64,000 nt of DNA from Pristiophorus japonicus (Eukaryota), in contig NC_091978.1 in the NCBI RefSeq assembly GCF_044704955.1, positions 272,366,001 to 272,430,000 of the forward strand, read 5' to 3'. The translations under genes were made by a program, and so were the position numbers. Positions 62,775 to 64,000 of the stretch are shown piece after piece. The notes beneath the pieces were generated by a model. That model saw only the letters and a list, made by a program, of their open reading frames with translations, searched no databases and was not told the origin of the DNA. The number at the start of each line of letters is the position of its first letter. Positions within the stretch are counted from its first letter, which is position 1.

Positions 62775-64000
62775 GTGTCTCTGGGGTACTTTGGATAAAG
62801 GCCCTTTTGTAATATGGCTGCATTGCAAACACAAGGGCCGAGATTTCGCTCACCTCGGCATGTCCGATGCAGCCGGTGGCAGGTTGTGGCCCCGCTGCTG
62901 GCTGCATCCTACTACCTAAAATTAACTTACTTTAATTAAGCTTGTTAAGCCCACCCAATGCGTTTCCCGGCTCAATTAGATGGAGCGTGTCTGGTGACAT
63001 AATTCATGATGCATTGGCATGCAGGTACAGCAGGCGGTTAAGAAAGCAAATGGCATGTTGGCCTTCATAGCGAGGGGATTTGAGTACAGGGGCAGGGAGG
63101 TGTTGCTACAGTTGTACAGGGCCTTGGTGAGGCCACACCTGGAGTATTGTGTACAGTTTTGGTCTCCTAACTTGAGGAAGGACATTCTTGCTATTGAGGG
63201 AGTGCAGCGAAAGTTCACCAGACTGATTCCCGGGATGGTGGGACTGACCTATCAAGAAAGACTGGATCAACTGGGTTTGTATTCACTGGAGTTCAGAAGA
63301 ATGAGAGGGGACCTCATAGAAACGTTTAAAATTCTGACGGGTTTAGACAGGTTGGATGCAGGAAGAATGTTCCCAATGTTGGGGAAGTCCAGAACCAGGG
63401 GTCACAGTCTAAGGATAAGGGGTAAGCCATTTAGGACCGAGATGAGGAGAAACTTCTTCACCCAGAGAGTGGTGAACCTGTGGAATTCTCTACCACAGAA
63501 AGTAGTTGAGGCCAATTCACTAAATATATTCAAAAGGGAGTTAGATGAAGTCCTTACTACTAGGGGGATCAAGGGGTATGGCGAGAAAGCAGGAAGGGGG
63601 TACTGAATTTGCGTGTTCAGCCATGAACTCATTGAATGGCGGTGCAGGCTAAAAGGGCCGAATGGCCTACTCCTGCACCTATTTTCTATGCTTCTATGTT
63701 TCTATGTCTTAAGCCAGTTTCCTTAAAGGGACCTTGTCCACCTTACTTTTGATGTTTGTGCTGACAATCGCTGCATAGAGGTGTAGGGCTGCTCCCAGGT
63801 TCTCCCAAGATTCCCTCCATATGCTTATGGAGGGAGTGATAGCACCCAGGGAGGTTCTCTTCCCTTCTTATGGGCTAATAAGACCTCCCCAGGAGACCAC
63901 GACAGCCTGCTTGCACATTGCAGAGTAGGTCACAAGCAGGGATGTCATCAGGAGGACCAGGCTGTAGTGGCGCAAGTCTAGAGGAGTCCGTGTTCCACAT
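62775..64000 (+). mobile_element. Harbinger left end and Myb/SANT gene start, interrupted by a CR1
   Basis: GGGCCGAGATTTC terminus; 63788-63978 gives AAPRFSQDSLHMLMEGV..EVLFP..LHIAE*VTSR..WRK. Confidence 0.75.
63014..63707 (+). mobile_element. Young 5'-truncated CR1 LINE
   Basis: Intact 195-aa ORF2 C-terminus (63019-63606) and (TTCTATG)n tail. Confidence 0.96.

Overview
Eukaryotic, vertebrate-type DNA that is mostly transposable-element sequence. The repeat mix (CR1 LINEs with a TTCTATGT-type tail, RTE and L2 LINEs, Deu-domain SINEs, Mag-clade Gypsy elements, PIF/Harbinger transposons and MITEs) most resembles a cartilaginous-fish (shark) genome; this is an inference. I could not identify an intact host protein-coding gene, and the recognisable ORFs are all TE fragments. 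Main structures: two full-length but decayed Gypsy proviruses with both LTRs, a tRNA-Ser-type PBS and exact 5-bp TSDs (7451-12080 +; 51606-56146 -); a near-full-length CR1 (26976-31503) with a probable inverted 5' segment and a solo LTR inside ORF2; several two-gene Harbinger remnants (DDE transposase plus Myb/SANT); and deep nesting of elements. I found no convincing new biological system. The most interesting observations concern insertion mechanism: probable twin priming in a CR1, a tail-less inverted CR1 fragment with a 13-bp duplication apparently copied from a neighbour, a recurrent CR1 truncation point, and opposed splice donors in MITEs. Most boundaries were read by eye and are approximate unless a TSD is given.
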